From an uncultured virus (IMG/VR IMGVR_UViG_3300021400_005359) (lineage: Duplodnaviria; Heunggongvirae; Uroviricota; Caudoviricetes), in IMG/VR virus record IMGVR_UViG_3300021400_005359: a stretch of DNA of 64,000 nt; one strand, given 5' to 3'. The number at the start of each line of letters is the position of its first letter. Position 1 is the stretch's first letter. Below are positions 18,721-28,900 of this stretch, piece by piece. The notes beneath the pieces are model-generated. The model was not told the DNA's origin and did not search any database. It worked only from the letters and a program-made list of their open reading frames with translations. Both the position numbers and the translations under genes were made by a program.

Positions 18721-20670
18721 TTAATTATCAGAAATAAGTTTTGAATTTTCCATAATAAATTTTCTTCTTGGAGGAACTTCGCTTCCCATAAGAAGAGAAA
18801 CTGTATCAGAAGCTTCTTTTACATCATCTATAGTAATTCTCTTTAAAATTCTAGTCTCAGGATTCATTGTTGTTTCCCAAAGTTGTTCAGCACTCATTTC
18901 TCCAAGTCCCTTAAATCTTTGAATAGAGAAATTCTTTTTTCCTTTTAGAAATTTATCAAGTTCTGGTTTAGTTTGTATATACTGAGATTTCTTATTGTAA
19001 GTAACTTTATATAATGGAGGACAAGAACAGTATACGTGACCTTCTTTGATAAGTTCTGGCATAAATCTATAAAAGAAAGTAAGCCATAAAGTTGCAATAT
19101 GTGCTCCATCAACGTCCGCATCACTCATAATGATAATTTTATCGTATTTAAGTTTTGTAATATCAAAATCATCACCAATTCCACATCCAATTGCAGTAAT
19201 AAAAGGAGCAATTTTTTCATTTGCATAAACACTTTCAACTGGACATTTTTCAGTATTTAAAATTTTTCCAAACACAGGAAGAATTGATTGAGTCTTTCTA
19301 TCTCTAGCAGTTTTAGCACTTCCAGCAGCACTATCACCTTCTACCAAAAAGATTTCAGTAGAAATTCCTTTACTTGGATTATTTGATAAACTACAACTAG
19401 CAAGTTTACTACTAATAGAATTTTGATTATTCTTTTTCATAAAAGCATCTCTAGCTTTTGTCTCATTTTTTCTAAGACCAGCCATTTTAAGAGATTGTTC
19501 AATTATTTTTTCTACAGTAGTTACGTTTTTATCAAAATAAATTGGAAGCCATTCAGTCATTATAGCTTCAACAGCAAGTTTAGCATCACTACTTCCAAGC
19601 TTAGATTTTGTTTGTCCTTCAAACTGAGGGTCGTGATGTTTCAAAGAAATTACTGCAGTAAGCCCATTTCTTAAATCCTTACCATCAATAGCTCCATCTT
19701 TTGCCTTTAAAAGTCCAAGGTCTTTAGCATACTTATTAACTATTTTTGTTAAAGCACTCTTAAAACCTGTTTCGTGAGTACCACCCTCTGGAGTAATAAC
19801 GTTGTTACAGAATGAATAAATGGTTTCTCCAAAATCATTTGTAAGCTGAAAAGCACACTCAAAATATTGTCCATTATTTTCACCTTCAATATAAACAATA
19901 TCATCGTGAATGGTTTCTTTATCTTTATTAAGGTCTGCTACAAATCCAATAATACCTCTGTCATCGTGAAAAATTTCAACTTCAGGTTCATCTTTTGTAT
20001 AATCTATAAACTTTAAAGTCAAATTTTTATTTAAATATGCAGTTTCTTTAAGTCTTTTTCTTATAGTATCTGATTTAAAATGAACTGTTTCAAAAATAGT
20101 GTTATCAGGAATGAAAGTAATTTTTGTTCCGTTCTTACTAGTATCTCCAATAGGAAGAAGTTCTCCTCCTTTAAGTTTAGTAATAGCAGCTCCACCATTT
20201 TGATATTCATCTTTATAGTGTTTGCCATCTTTAAATACTTCAACGCAAACATATTTAGATAAAGCATTTACTACAGATATACCAACACCGTGAAGACCTC
20301 CAGATACCTTATAAGCACCATCATCAAATTTACCACCAGAATGAAGTACAGTTAAAATAATTCTTTCTGTACAAATTCCATTTGGATATTTGCTTTTTGG
20401 ATAATCTCTTGTATTGGAATGTAAATCTATTGGCATTCCTCGTCCATTATCTTCAACAGAAACTGAACCATCCTTATTGAGAGAAACATTTATTTCATCA
20501 CAAAAACCTGCAAGACTTTCATCTACTGCATTATCTATAACTTCCCATATCAAATGATGAAGACCTCTTCTATCAGTAGAACCAATATACATTCCAGGTC
20601 TTTTTCTTACAGGGTCTAAACCTTCAAGAACTTGGATTTGTTCTCCAGTGTAATTATCTTTTTTTGGCAT
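18721..20670 (-). CDS. gyrB: Type IIA topoisomerase subunit B (GyrB/ParE)
   Basis: VRKRPGMYIG, EVIDNAVDE, GGLHGVG, VEGDSAAGS, DADVDG, RFKGLGEM. Confidence 0.95.
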   Translation of the reverse strand: MPKKDNYTGEQIQVLEGLDPVRKRPGMYIGSTDRRGLHHLIWEVIDNAVDESLAGFCDEINVSLNKDGSVSVEDNGRGMPIDLHSNTRDYPKSKYPNGICTERIILTVLHSGGKFDDGAYKVSGGLHGVGISVVNALSKYVCVEVFKDGKHYKDEYQNGGAAITKLKGGELLPIGDTSKNGTKITFIPDNTIFETVHFKSDTIRKRLKETAYLNKNLTLKFIDYTKDEPEVEIFHDDRGIIGFVADLNKDKETIHDDIVYIEGENNGQYFECAFQLTNDFGETIYSFCNNVITPEGGTHETGFKSALTKIVNKYAKDLGLLKAKDGAIDGKDLRNGLTAVISLKHHDPQFEGQTKSKLGSSDAKLAVEAIMTEWLPIYFDKNVTTVEKIIEQSLKMAGLRKNETKARDAFMKKNNQNSISSKLASCSLSNNPSKGISTEIFLVEGDSAAGSAKTARDRKTQSILPVFGKILNTEKCPVESVYANEKIAPFITAIGCGIGDDFDITKLKYDKIIIMSDADVDGAHIATLWLTFFYRFMPELIKEGHVYCSCPPLYKVTYNKKSQYIQTKPELDKFLKGKKNFSIQRFKGLGEMSAEQLWETTMNPETRILKRITIDDVKEASDTVSLLMGSEVPPRRKFIMENSKLISDN

Positions 20671-20819
20671 TTTTTAAGAAACTCCTTTATTTTTCAAAAT
20701 TACGAGATTATATTTAATAAATACAAAAAATATTCATTTCTAGTCTAATCAATATATTTTAACTTAAATTTTTCAATTTTTCAACAATAAAAAAAGCCCA
20801 TATTTGTGGGCTTTTTAAA

Positions 20820-21131
20820 TTAAACTTTAAGATGAAACTCTTCCTTTTTTACTGAACCAAGTTCTAAAGCTTTTACGAGCTGAGAAATTTCCTCAAGTCT
20901 TTTTTCTGCTTTAGTCTTGATAATATAAAGAGATTCATTCTGAATATCTGTTGGAGTAGTTGCAACAATTTTATTTTTAGCAATTCCAATAAAATTGCAA
21001 GTAAGTTCAAATTCATCTCTTCTATTTCTAGAAACACTTGCTTCAAAGTTCTTACCACCAACATTAATAATAATTCTTGCTCCAAGATATTTTCCAGACT
21101 TATCAATTCTCTCTCTGTAAATAACTTCCAT
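20820..21131 (-). CDS. Hypothetical protein
   Basis: AGGAGG RBS; terminator downstream. Confidence 0.65.
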   Translation of the reverse strand: MEVIYRERIDKSGKYLGARIIINVGGKNFEASVSRNRRDEFELTCNFIGIAKNKIVATTPTDIQNESLYIIKTKAEKRLEEISQLVKALELGSVKKEEFHLKV

Positions 21132-21251
21132 TTTAAATTTCCTCCTAAAAATAGAAACATTCTATATAAAATTATATACAAAGTTTAAAACTTTAAAATA
21201 AAAAACAAAAAAAAGCTTATAATAAATAAGAATATTTTTTAGGAGGAAAGT

Positions 21252-21995
21252 ATGTTTAGAGAGGAAGAAAAAATCGATACAAAATTTAGATTAGAGCGTG
21301 ATTATGAAAATCACACAGACATAATCTATGCAGATTCTTTCTTTTCATCAAGAAGAATAGACCCTAAAGACTTTTTTCAAATGCAAAGGAATATGTTTAA
21401 AAAAGATGGTAGTTACCAACTTTTTCCAAACCTTACAAATGGAAAAATGGATAAAGTAGAATATCTAAAAGAGAAATCACTTTTTACAAGACTTAATAAT
21501 CTAGAACCAGATTTTGGAGATAGGGTAGATGTTAAAGTAAAATTCCTTAACTATGAGGAATTAAAAAAAATGAATTCTTTCCCATATTTTCTTGATTTAG
21601 AAGTAAGAATTTTTAAAGAAAATACTTTTAAAGAAATATATACAACTCCATTTAAAACAAGAGTTTGGCTCCCTATAGATAATTATGAAAGTTGTAATTA
21701 TTCAGAAGAAATGTGGGCATTAATGTTCAAAAATTCTATGAATGGCAATCGTCAAACAATGGAAGATATCGAAAAGCTTTTAAAACAAAGAAATTTAGAT
21801 ATTTACTTAGAAGAAGGTTGGGAAATTTTCAAGTGTGATGAATGCGGAAAAAAATTTACATCACTTAGACAATTTCTTTGTCATTTGGCAAATGAAGGAC
21901 ATTATGATTCTTTCTTAGACGAGTTCCCAAATACAAGACGAATAGAACAGCTTAAATACATAATTAGTGAAAGAAAGAAAGGAATTATAGTCTAA
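21252..21995 (+). CDS. Hypothetical protein with a C-terminal C2H2 zinc finger
   Basis: FKCDECGKKFTSLRQFLCHLANEGH; AGGAGG RBS. Confidence 0.7.
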   Translation: MFREEEKIDTKFRLERDYENHTDIIYADSFFSSRRIDPKDFFQMQRNMFKKDGSYQLFPNLTNGKMDKVEYLKEKSLFTRLNNLEPDFGDRVDVKVKFLNYEELKKMNSFPYFLDLEVRIFKENTFKEIYTTPFKTRVWLPIDNYESCNYSEEMWALMFKNSMNGNRQTMEDIEKLLKQRNLDIYLEEGWEIFKCDECGKKFTSLRQFLCHLANEGHYDSFLDEFPNTRRIEQLKYIISERKKGIIV

Positions 21996-22111
21996 AAACT
22001 AAATATACTAAAAAGAGGTGCTTTTTCGCATCTCTTTTTTTTATTTAATATTGAAAACAAGCAAAGAAAAAAGTATAATAAATATATAAAAAAGTAAAGA
22101 AAGGATATAAA

Positions 22112-22450
22112 ATGTTTGTAAAATATAATTTGTCTTTAAACAATACAAATGAAAAAATATTAGAAATAGGAGAATTTAAATCAATATATTATAGTAATGA
22201 TTACGAATCACTTGTAATAAAAATTAAGAGTTTACTACCAATATATTTACCTATTAATAGCACATATGAAATGAACTCTTTTACAGAAGAACTTGCAAAT
22301 AAAATTAAGAACAATGAAGCAATAATTGAAATTGAAGGACTTGTTTTTAATATTGAAGACGATGAAGATTATGATGACTATGTAAGTCCAGAAGAATTCA
22401 AAGAAATAAGAGAGAATTTAAAAGGATATACAAGATATTCAATTAAATGA
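22112..22450 (+). CDS. Hypothetical protein
   Basis: TTGAAA/TATAAT promoter and AAGGA RBS upstream. Confidence 0.65.
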   Translation: MFVKYNLSLNNTNEKILEIGEFKSIYYSNDYESLVIKIKSLLPIYLPINSTYEMNSFTEELANKIKNNEAIIEIEGLVFNIEDDEDYDDYVSPEEFKEIRENLKGYTRYSIK

Positions 22451-22533
22451 AATTTAACAAAACTCTTTAAAAGAAAGATACTTTATGATATAATAATAGT
22501 ATCTTTCTTATTTTATTTGAAAAGGAGATTTAA

Positions 22534-23655
22534 ATGTTAAAAATCTGTTTAACTGGTGGTCCTTGTGCTGGCAAAAGTTCAGCATTCAAAATCTTAGATA
22601 GAACTCTATCTGAAAGAGGTTACAAAATTCTTTTCTGTCCAGAGACAGCATCTGAATTAATTCTAAATGGAATAATTCCTGGAGACAAAATATCTTTATT
22701 AGAATTTCAAAAATTTGTTCTTTCAAAACAGATATCCAAAGAAAACTTATATAATGAAATGGCAAACTATTATGACAAAGATAAATTAATTATCTTTTAT
22801 GATAGAGGTATTTTAGACCAGCTTGCTTATATAGACAAAGAAGATTTTGAAGAAATGCTTGAAAAGGAAAAACTTACAATTGCAGATACTTATAATAGAT
22901 ATGACGCAGTTTTACATCTTGTAACTGCTGCCGATGGTGCAGAAAAATTCTATGAATGGAATGACCCATCAAAAGAAACAACAGGAAACAATGCAGCAAG
23001 AAGCGAAACTCCTGAAGAAGCAAGAATTAAAGATAAAAAGACTTTAAATGGATGGATTGGACATCCTCATTTAAGAGTTTTTGATAATAAAGTAGATTTC
23101 AACACTAAGATTCAGAATGTAATAGAAGAGGTTTACAATCTTCTTGGAGAACCTATTCCTAGAGAGCTTGAAAGAAAATATTTAATAAAATATCCTACAG
23201 AAGAAACGCTTAAAAGTATAGGAGAATATTCTGTTTCAGAAATAATCCAAACATACTTAAAAAGTGATTCTAATATAGAAAGAAGAGTAAGACAAAGAGG
23301 TTCTCAAAAAGACGGATTTTCATTCTACTATACAGAAAAGACAAAAATATCGGAACTTGAAAGAATTGAAAACGAAACAAGAATAGACCAAAATAAATAC
23401 ATTTCATATTTAGCTGAAGCAGACACATCTATTCATCAGATTTCTAAAACAAGATATTGTTTCGTATATAATAGGAAATATTTTGAAATGGACATCTATC
23501 CATTCTCAAAAGATTATGCAATATTAGAAATAGAACTTTCAGACAAAAATGAAGAAATAAAACTTCCTCCTTATTTAGATATTATAAGAGAAGTAACTTT
23601 TGAAAAAGAATTTAAAAATTATGAACTTGCTAAAGAAGGCAATTTTAAGATATAA
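22534..23655 (+). CDS. AAA_28 (NadR/Ttd14-like) kinase fused to a CYTH domain
   Basis: LTGGPCAGKS, PETA, DRG..D; C-terminal ELERKYL, IIQTYL, RVRQRG, KTRY, EMDIY, LEIE. Confidence 0.85.
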   Translation: MLKICLTGGPCAGKSSAFKILDRTLSERGYKILFCPETASELILNGIIPGDKISLLEFQKFVLSKQISKENLYNEMANYYDKDKLIIFYDRGILDQLAYIDKEDFEEMLEKEKLTIADTYNRYDAVLHLVTAADGAEKFYEWNDPSKETTGNNAARSETPEEARIKDKKTLNGWIGHPHLRVFDNKVDFNTKIQNVIEEVYNLLGEPIPRELERKYLIKYPTEETLKSIGEYSVSEIIQTYLKSDSNIERRVRQRGSQKDGFSFYYTEKTKISELERIENETRIDQNKYISYLAEADTSIHQISKTRYCFVYNRKYFEMDIYPFSKDYAILEIELSDKNEEIKLPPYLDIIREVTFEKEFKNYELAKEGNFKI

Positions 23656-23667
23656 AAAAGAAGAGGA

Positions 23668-24186
23668 TTATTCCTCTTCTTTTTTTTCTTCTGTGTTATC
23701 CGAAACAGTTTTTTCAGGAGAAGTATTTTTTTCTTCATCTCCTAAAGCTTCTTTCTTTTTAATTTCTTCTTCAAGTGTTGTACTATCAACTTTCTTAATT
23801 TTATTTTCTTTAGCACTCTTTTCTGCACTGTTAAGCTGATTTTTCAAAAAATCTGTAATAATAATAGAATCTTTCTTTGAAATATCGAAATCAGCTATTT
23901 CATCAGTAAGGTCATTTAAAATATAACAACAAACAAAAGTAGATATTAAAGGAATAATAATTCTAAGTTCTAGAACACTTGAAATTATTGATAATAAACT
24001 TAAGAAGAGACCTCCTCCAGAAACTAAAACATACTTTTGTAAAACTTTTAGATATTTAATTCTCTCTTCTGTAGAAATAATATTTTCAGGCAAATCTTTT
24101 ATTTTCAAATATCTTGCAGAACAACAATAAAAAACATACCCACAAAAAGCAACTCCTAATAATATAAAACCAAATTTTAAAAGCAT
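23668..24186 (-). CDS. Membrane protein
   Basis: Three hydrophobic segments and an acidic tail; AAGGAG RBS. Confidence 0.65.
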   Translation of the reverse strand: MLLKFGFILLGVAFCGYVFYCCSARYLKIKDLPENIISTEERIKYLKVLQKYVLVSGGGLFLSLLSIISSVLELRIIIPLISTFVCCYILNDLTDEIADFDISKKDSIIITDFLKNQLNSAEKSAKENKIKKVDSTTLEEEIKKKEALGDEEKNTSPEKTVSDNTEEKKEEE

Positions 24187-24289
24187 ATAAAAAAACTCCT
24201 TTAAAAATTTTATAAAACGTGTTAAGATTTATTTGTATTATATTTTTAATCTAACTTATATACAATATTTTAGATGTTGAATATAATTA

Positions 24290-24460
24290 GCATTGTTAGT
24301 TAGAGCAGAAAAATGTTGTTTAACTCAAAAAGTATTTTATAATAGTAAAGTAGTATATGATAAATTCTTTTTAACAAAGTTTCCCAGGACCAAGTTAATA
24401 AGAAAAAGTATATTATGAAAAGTACTTTTGAAAAAGGAAGTGGACGCACTTCCTTTTTTT
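24290..24460 (+). ncRNA. Candidate small structured RNA (long rod with internal bubble) ending in an intrinsic terminator
   Basis: TATAAT at 24282-24287; long imperfect stem 24325-24431; terminator AAAAAGGAAGTG-GACG-CACTTCCTTTTTTT with no ORF to terminate. Confidence 0.45.
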
Positions 24461-24582
24461 CGTGTAATAAAATATTGTAATGGTTTATAAAATCAGATTA
24501 AGTATAATAAAAAAGATTAATATAGTTTTTTAAAAAAAATTATGTTAAACTAATAAGGACAAAAATAAAAAGGAGCTTTAAT

Positions 24583-26829
24583 ATGTCCAAAAGAAAAAAA
24601 GAAGTTGAAGAAATTATTGAAAAGATAATAGAAGCTGACTTCAAAGAAACAATGGAACAAAGCTATATAGATTATTCTATAGAAGTTATTACAGAACGTG
24701 CTTTGCCAGATATTAGAGATGGATTAAAACCTGTTCAAAGAAAAAGTATATATACTTTTGAAGAACTTGGAATAACAAAAGATAAGCCATATAAAAAATC
24801 AGCTCGTCTTGTTGGTGAAACTATGGGTAAATATCATCCACACGGAGATTCATCAATCTATGAAGCAATAGTAAGGATGACACAGCCTTTTATGCTTAAC
24901 TATCCATTAATTGATGGTCACGGAAACTGGGGTTCTATAGATGGAGATTCAGCTGCAGCTATGAGATACTCAGAATGTAGATTAGAAAAAATATCAAATG
25001 AACTAATTGATGGTTTAAAAAGCGGAACAGTAAAATTCGTTCCAAACTTTGATGAAGAAGAAACAGAACCTTTAGTTTTACCAGCAAGATTTCCAAATCT
25101 TTTAGTAAATGGAACCGAAGGTATTGCTGTTGGATTGGTTTCTTCCATACCAACTCACAATTTAAGAGATACTATAAATATGATTATTCATTATATGAAA
25201 AAATCATCAAAAAAAGGTGTAAATACATCAGAACTTTTAGACATACTAAAAGGTCCTGATTTCCCAACAGGTGGAATTATTACAAATGTAGAAGAACTCC
25301 TTGATATATACAAGACAGGAGAAGGAAAAATTTCAATAAGAGCAAAACTTGTTGAAGAAAATATAAACGGAAAACCTTGCCTTATTGTTACTGAAATTCC
25401 ATACACTTATTCTGGAAGAAAAGCATCTTTAGTAGATAAAATTTCTAAAGTTATTTTATCAAAGAAAATTGATGAACTTGTAGAGATTAAAGATGAATCT
25501 TCAAAAGAAGGAATTAGAATAGTTATTGAATGTAAAAAAGGAAGTGACCTTGAAAAAGTTGCTAATAAGCTATACAAATTTACTCCTCTTCAAGATTCAA
25601 TGGTTGTAAGATTTAATGGAACAATTGGAAAAGAACTTATTCCTTTCAATTTAATAGACTATTGTAAGTATTTTACAGACTTCCAAGAAGAAATTTATAC
25701 TAAAGAATATATAACTAAAAAATCAAAACTTGACAAAAAGAAAGAAATTTATGAAGGTCTTGTCAAATCAATAGATTTTATAGACACTATAATTGATTTA
25801 ATTAGACACGCAGAAAAAGTTGAATTTGCTAAAAGATGTTTAATGACAGGAAATATAAACAATATTCACTTTGCTTTAAAGAAAAATGAACAAATTGCAA
25901 AAAAATTCAGCTTTACAGAACTTCAAGCTGAAGCAATACTAGAAACTACTCTTAGAAAATTAAATACACTTGAAGTAGAAACACTTATAAATACTTTAAA
26001 AGAAATTGAAAATGAAATTTCTATTTGCAATAAAATTCTTTCATCTAAGGAAGAATTACACAAAGTAATAATCAATAGACTTACAAAAATTGCAAAAGAA
26101 TATGGAAGAGATAGACTTACAGAACTTAAAAATGCAACAATTATCGAATATGAAGAAGAAGTTAAAGTCTACGAAACAAATGTTGTGTACGATAAGTACG
26201 GATATATAAAGATGTTTGATGAAAAAACAATTGGAAAAGTTGATGACGTAACTTTTGAAAATTGTAAGCTAAACAAAAAGACAGATTCAACAGATATATT
26301 ATGGGCATTCTCAAACGAAGGAAATATGTATCAAATAAAACTTTCAAGTCTTCCATTTAATAAACAAAATGATAGAGGAACATTACTTGAAGTAAAAGTT
26401 GGAAAGAAAATTGATGGAGACATCATATATGTAACAACTCAAAATAGTGAAGGTAGGTTAATATTTGTAACTGAAAAAGGATTTATAAAAATAGTTAATA
26501 AGAAAGAATTTATAAGCACAAGAACAATAACAAATTCAACAAAGTTAAGTTCTGATGATAAAATCCTAAAGATAATTGAAATAAATGGTGAAGACTCAAT
26601 AATTGTAACAACAGATACAAATTACTTAAACTTCTCAATATCTGAAATATCGGAATTAAAGAAAACTTCAGTTGGAGTTGTTTCAATAAAAGTACCAGAA
26701 AATGTAAAGATAAAAGACGTTGTAATTTATAAAAAAGAAACAACAGAAGAAATTATATTAAACAATAAACCTTTCAAAGTAGAAGAATTAAAAGTACAAA
26801 AAAGAGGTAGTAAAGGTACTAAATTTTAA
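24583..26829 (+). CDS. gyrA: Type IIA topoisomerase subunit A (GyrA/ParC; no canonical GyrA-box at the CTD start)
   Basis: [21 protein letters not shown], catalytic [15 protein letters not shown], beta-pinwheel repeats. Confidence 0.93.
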   Translation: MSKRKKEVEEIIEKIIEADFKETMEQSYIDYSIEVITERALPDIRDGLKPVQRKSIYTFEELGITKDKPYKKSARLVGETMGKYHPHGDSSIYEAIVRMTQPFMLNYPLIDGHGNWGSIDGDSAAAMRYSECRLEKISNELIDGLKSGTVKFVPNFDEEETEPLVLPARFPNLLVNGTEGIAVGLVSSIPTHNLRDTINMIIHYMKKSSKKGVNTSELLDILKGPDFPTGGIITNVEELLDIYKTGEGKISIRAKLVEENINGKPCLIVTEIPYTYSGRKASLVDKISKVILSKKIDELVEIKDESSKEGIRIVIECKKGSDLEKVANKLYKFTPLQDSMVVRFNGTIGKELIPFNLIDYCKYFTDFQEEIYTKEYITKKSKLDKKKEIYEGLVKSIDFIDTIIDLIRHAEKVEFAKRCLMTGNINNIHFALKKNEQIAKKFSFTELQAEAILETTLRKLNTLEVETLINTLKEIENEISICNKILSSKEELHKVIINRLTKIAKEYGRDRLTELKNATIIEYEEEVKVYETNVVYDKYGYIKMFDEKTIGKVDDVTFENCKLNKKTDSTDILWAFSNEGNMYQIKLSSLPFNKQNDRGTLLEVKVGKKIDGDIIYVTTQNSEGRLIFVTEKGFIKIVNKKEFISTRTITNSTKLSSDDKILKIIEINGEDSIIVTTDTNYLNFSISEISELKKTSVGVVSIKVPENVKIKDVVIYKKETTEEIILNNKPFKVEELKVQKRGSKGTKF

Positions 26830-26870
26830 AAAGAAGAGCATTAGCTCTTCTTTTTTTATAAAAAACACAC

Positions 26871-26903
26871 AAAAAGGGACTCCCTACCAAGGAGCCCCTT
26901 TTT
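26871..26903 (-). terminator. Intrinsic terminator of the large ncRNA
   Basis: Minus strand GGGGCTCC-TTGGTAG-GGAGTCCC-TTTTT; the stem has a G-U pair on the minus strand but an A-C mismatch on the plus strand. Confidence 0.8.
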
Positions 26904-26904
26904 A

Positions 26905-27820
26905 ATAATTAGGCTGAGATTATACCTTCATCCGATAGAACTTTATTTTCCGTATGTTTTAGAAAATTATCCACCTTAAACCCTTTCGGCATCTAAAGTA
27001 TTCTATCATAGCCGCCTTTTTGAATGGGAAGCTTTACCCATCTGCTATATAGTTACTCAACATTTCATATTCCGTCTGCCTTGCGAGCAATAAAGGTTTG
27101 CGGACCACCGTGCAATTCCGTGTTAAAAACTTTAAGTCTTGCGAGACTTATTGTTCTCTTCATTAAGATTACTCTTTGAAGAATTAGGCTATTTTCACTA
27201 TATAGGGACACAGACTTTCGCTGTGTTGTATAAAATAAAAATTTTTTTATCCTTATTATATAAAAAATTTTTATAATATGGAAAACCAATCCAATTTGGA
27301 AAACCAATCCATAAAATAACTAATAATCTCTACAGAAGATGTGCTGTGTCAGTGCCTTCACTTCCTTTTGGGATGCGAAATAGCACACACCTTCAATACC
27401 TTTCCCCTGTTTAGGTACTTAGTTCTTCATAAGAAAAGTGTTTCTCCACCTTCTTAATCTATGACTTGTGCCTTCGAGTAACAAGCTCTCAGACTGCAAA
27501 TCTCCCGATTCGCTTTCGTTTTTTAATTAGTTTGCGTGTCCTATTAGTCTTGCGGACTAAAATTGCATTTCAGCGAGTACGCCCTGATACAACTTATTAG
27601 ACCTAATGTCTAAAACTATTTCCAAGGAGGATTTACCTTCACACCGCCCTGAAAAGCATCCTTTTGAGATGCAAGCCTGTCGGTTTTGCTTGAATTGACT
27701 GCTTTCGCAGCGGTATGTTGTAGAAAATACATACCTTTACTACTCTCACAAATAGCTATCAGCGTCAAGCCGCTACATATCTCTGTCTAAAAGAAGCAAG
27801 CTCCTTTTTTCAAGAGGTGT
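26905..27820 (-). ncRNA. Giant structured ncRNA, GOLLD-like (GOLLD/ROOL class)
   Basis: ~1.1 kb gene-free gap, GC-richer than its flanks; many hairpins with GAAA/GCAA loops on the minus strand; long-range pairings; 3' end GUUGAGUA...GGUAUAAUCUCAGCCU resembling, from memory, the GOLLD 3' domain; own promoter and terminator. Confidence 0.75.
27279..27311. repeat. Tandem direct repeat TGGAAAACCAATCCA x2 (18-bp period) in the AT-rich linker of the large RNA
   Basis: Copies at 27279-27293 and 27297-27311. Confidence 0.85.
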
Positions 27821-27826
27821 ATTATA

Positions 27827-27854
27827 ATTATATCATTAATTTTTTTTATTACAA
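27827..27854 (-). promoter_or_regulatory. Sigma-A-type promoter of the large ncRNA
   Basis: Minus strand TTGTAA (27854-27849), 16-nt spacer, TATAAT (27832-27827) with extended -10 TG. Confidence 0.7.
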
Positions 27855-27955
27855 TAGTTTTTGTCGTATATTTTTCAAAAAAATGTTTTATATATATTTT
27901 TTACTAATAATAACTAAAAAAAATAGACCCTTTGTATAAAGGGTCTATAAAATAG

Positions 27956-28900
27956 TTAACAGGTAACTTTCGGATATTCAACAAACTTACAAAGAAGATT
28001 ATCATTATCTTTGAAATATAGATAACTTGGAAGAATTTCCTTATCATATAAAGAACATAAAACAAAAGTTGTATTTATAGCACTAACACCACAAATATCA
28101 ATTCTCTTTTCATTCGTCTTAATGTCTGTGATATGCTTTAAAAATCCCTTTGAAATTCCATTTATCTTTGTAAGATAAAACTCTTCTTCATCAAAAACAA
28201 TTCCAGATGTAAGTGAAAGAGTTTTTATGTCTGCCAAAATCTTTTCTGCATTATCTGTTTTATAAAAGATAACTTCATCAGAATTAAAGCAAACAATCTT
28301 TGAAATATCCTCATAGTTAAGAACAATATCTACAACTTTTCTCGTAATAAATTTTTCGATTTTATAAATCTGTTTATTACAAGTCTTTCCAAAATTAGTA
28401 GACCTAATTCTCTTATTGTCAAAATACTTATAATCTGTAAGCATTTTAACGTAAGATGGATAATCAACAGCATTTCTTACAATTTCAGGATTAAAAAGCT
28501 TAAGAGCCTGAAAAGAAGCAGATTTCAAATCAACACTAATTAAAGTCTTGTTAAGATTTGATTCGTTATAAATAGCTGCAGATGAAATATTGTCCTGAGA
28601 AATTTTATATTCATCCAAAGAATTCCCTTTAAGTCCAAACTTATCCTGTCTTTCTTCCTGGTCAGAAATAAGACTGTTTACAAAGTTGTTCCTTTGAACA
28701 TAATACTCATCCATAGTCTTAAAATTATCAGAAACATAATCTTTAAACTCATTATACTTTTGAATAAGACCAGGTCTGTGAGCATCATAAAGAGAAAGTC
28801 TTTCATCAAAAAACTCAGTAGAACCAATACCAACATCCATCTTTATTCCAAAGTCTTTAATAAATCTCTCATTTAATCTAAAAATATCTGTTTTATTCAT
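27956..28900 (-). CDS. Hypothetical protein with polymerase-palm-like motifs
   Basis: ISVDLKSASF (motif A-like), KRIRSTNFG (motif B-like), FNSDEVIF (motif C-like) in the right order; product call is inference. Confidence 0.5.
   Translation of the reverse strand: MNKTDIFRLNERFIKDFGIKMDVGIGSTEFFDERLSLYDAHRPGLIQKYNEFKDYVSDNFKTMDEYYVQRNNFVNSLISDQEERQDKFGLKGNSLDEYKISQDNISSAAIYNESNLNKTLISVDLKSASFQALKLFNPEIVRNAVDYPSYVKMLTDYKYFDNKRIRSTNFGKTCNKQIYKIEKFITRKVVDIVLNYEDISKIVCFNSDEVIFYKTDNAEKILADIKTLSLTSGIVFDEEEFYLTKINGISKGFLKHITDIKTNEKRIDICGVSAINTTFVLCSLYDKEILPSYLYFKDNDNLLCKFVEYPKVTC

Noticed and set aside
27065..27307. 80-aa minus-strand ORF inside the large intergenic region
   Set aside because: No RBS or protein-like features; overlaps dense RNA hairpins and is better explained as part of the ncRNA
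27279..27311. Direct repeat as a possible CRISPR array or iteron set
   Set aside because: Only two 15-bp copies with a 3-nt gap; no spacers or cas genes
26905..27820. Group I/II intron, tmRNA, RNase P or rRNA fragment
   Set aside because: No interrupted gene, no recognisable group II domain V, tRNA-like ends, RNase P core or rRNA motifs; it has its own promoter and terminator
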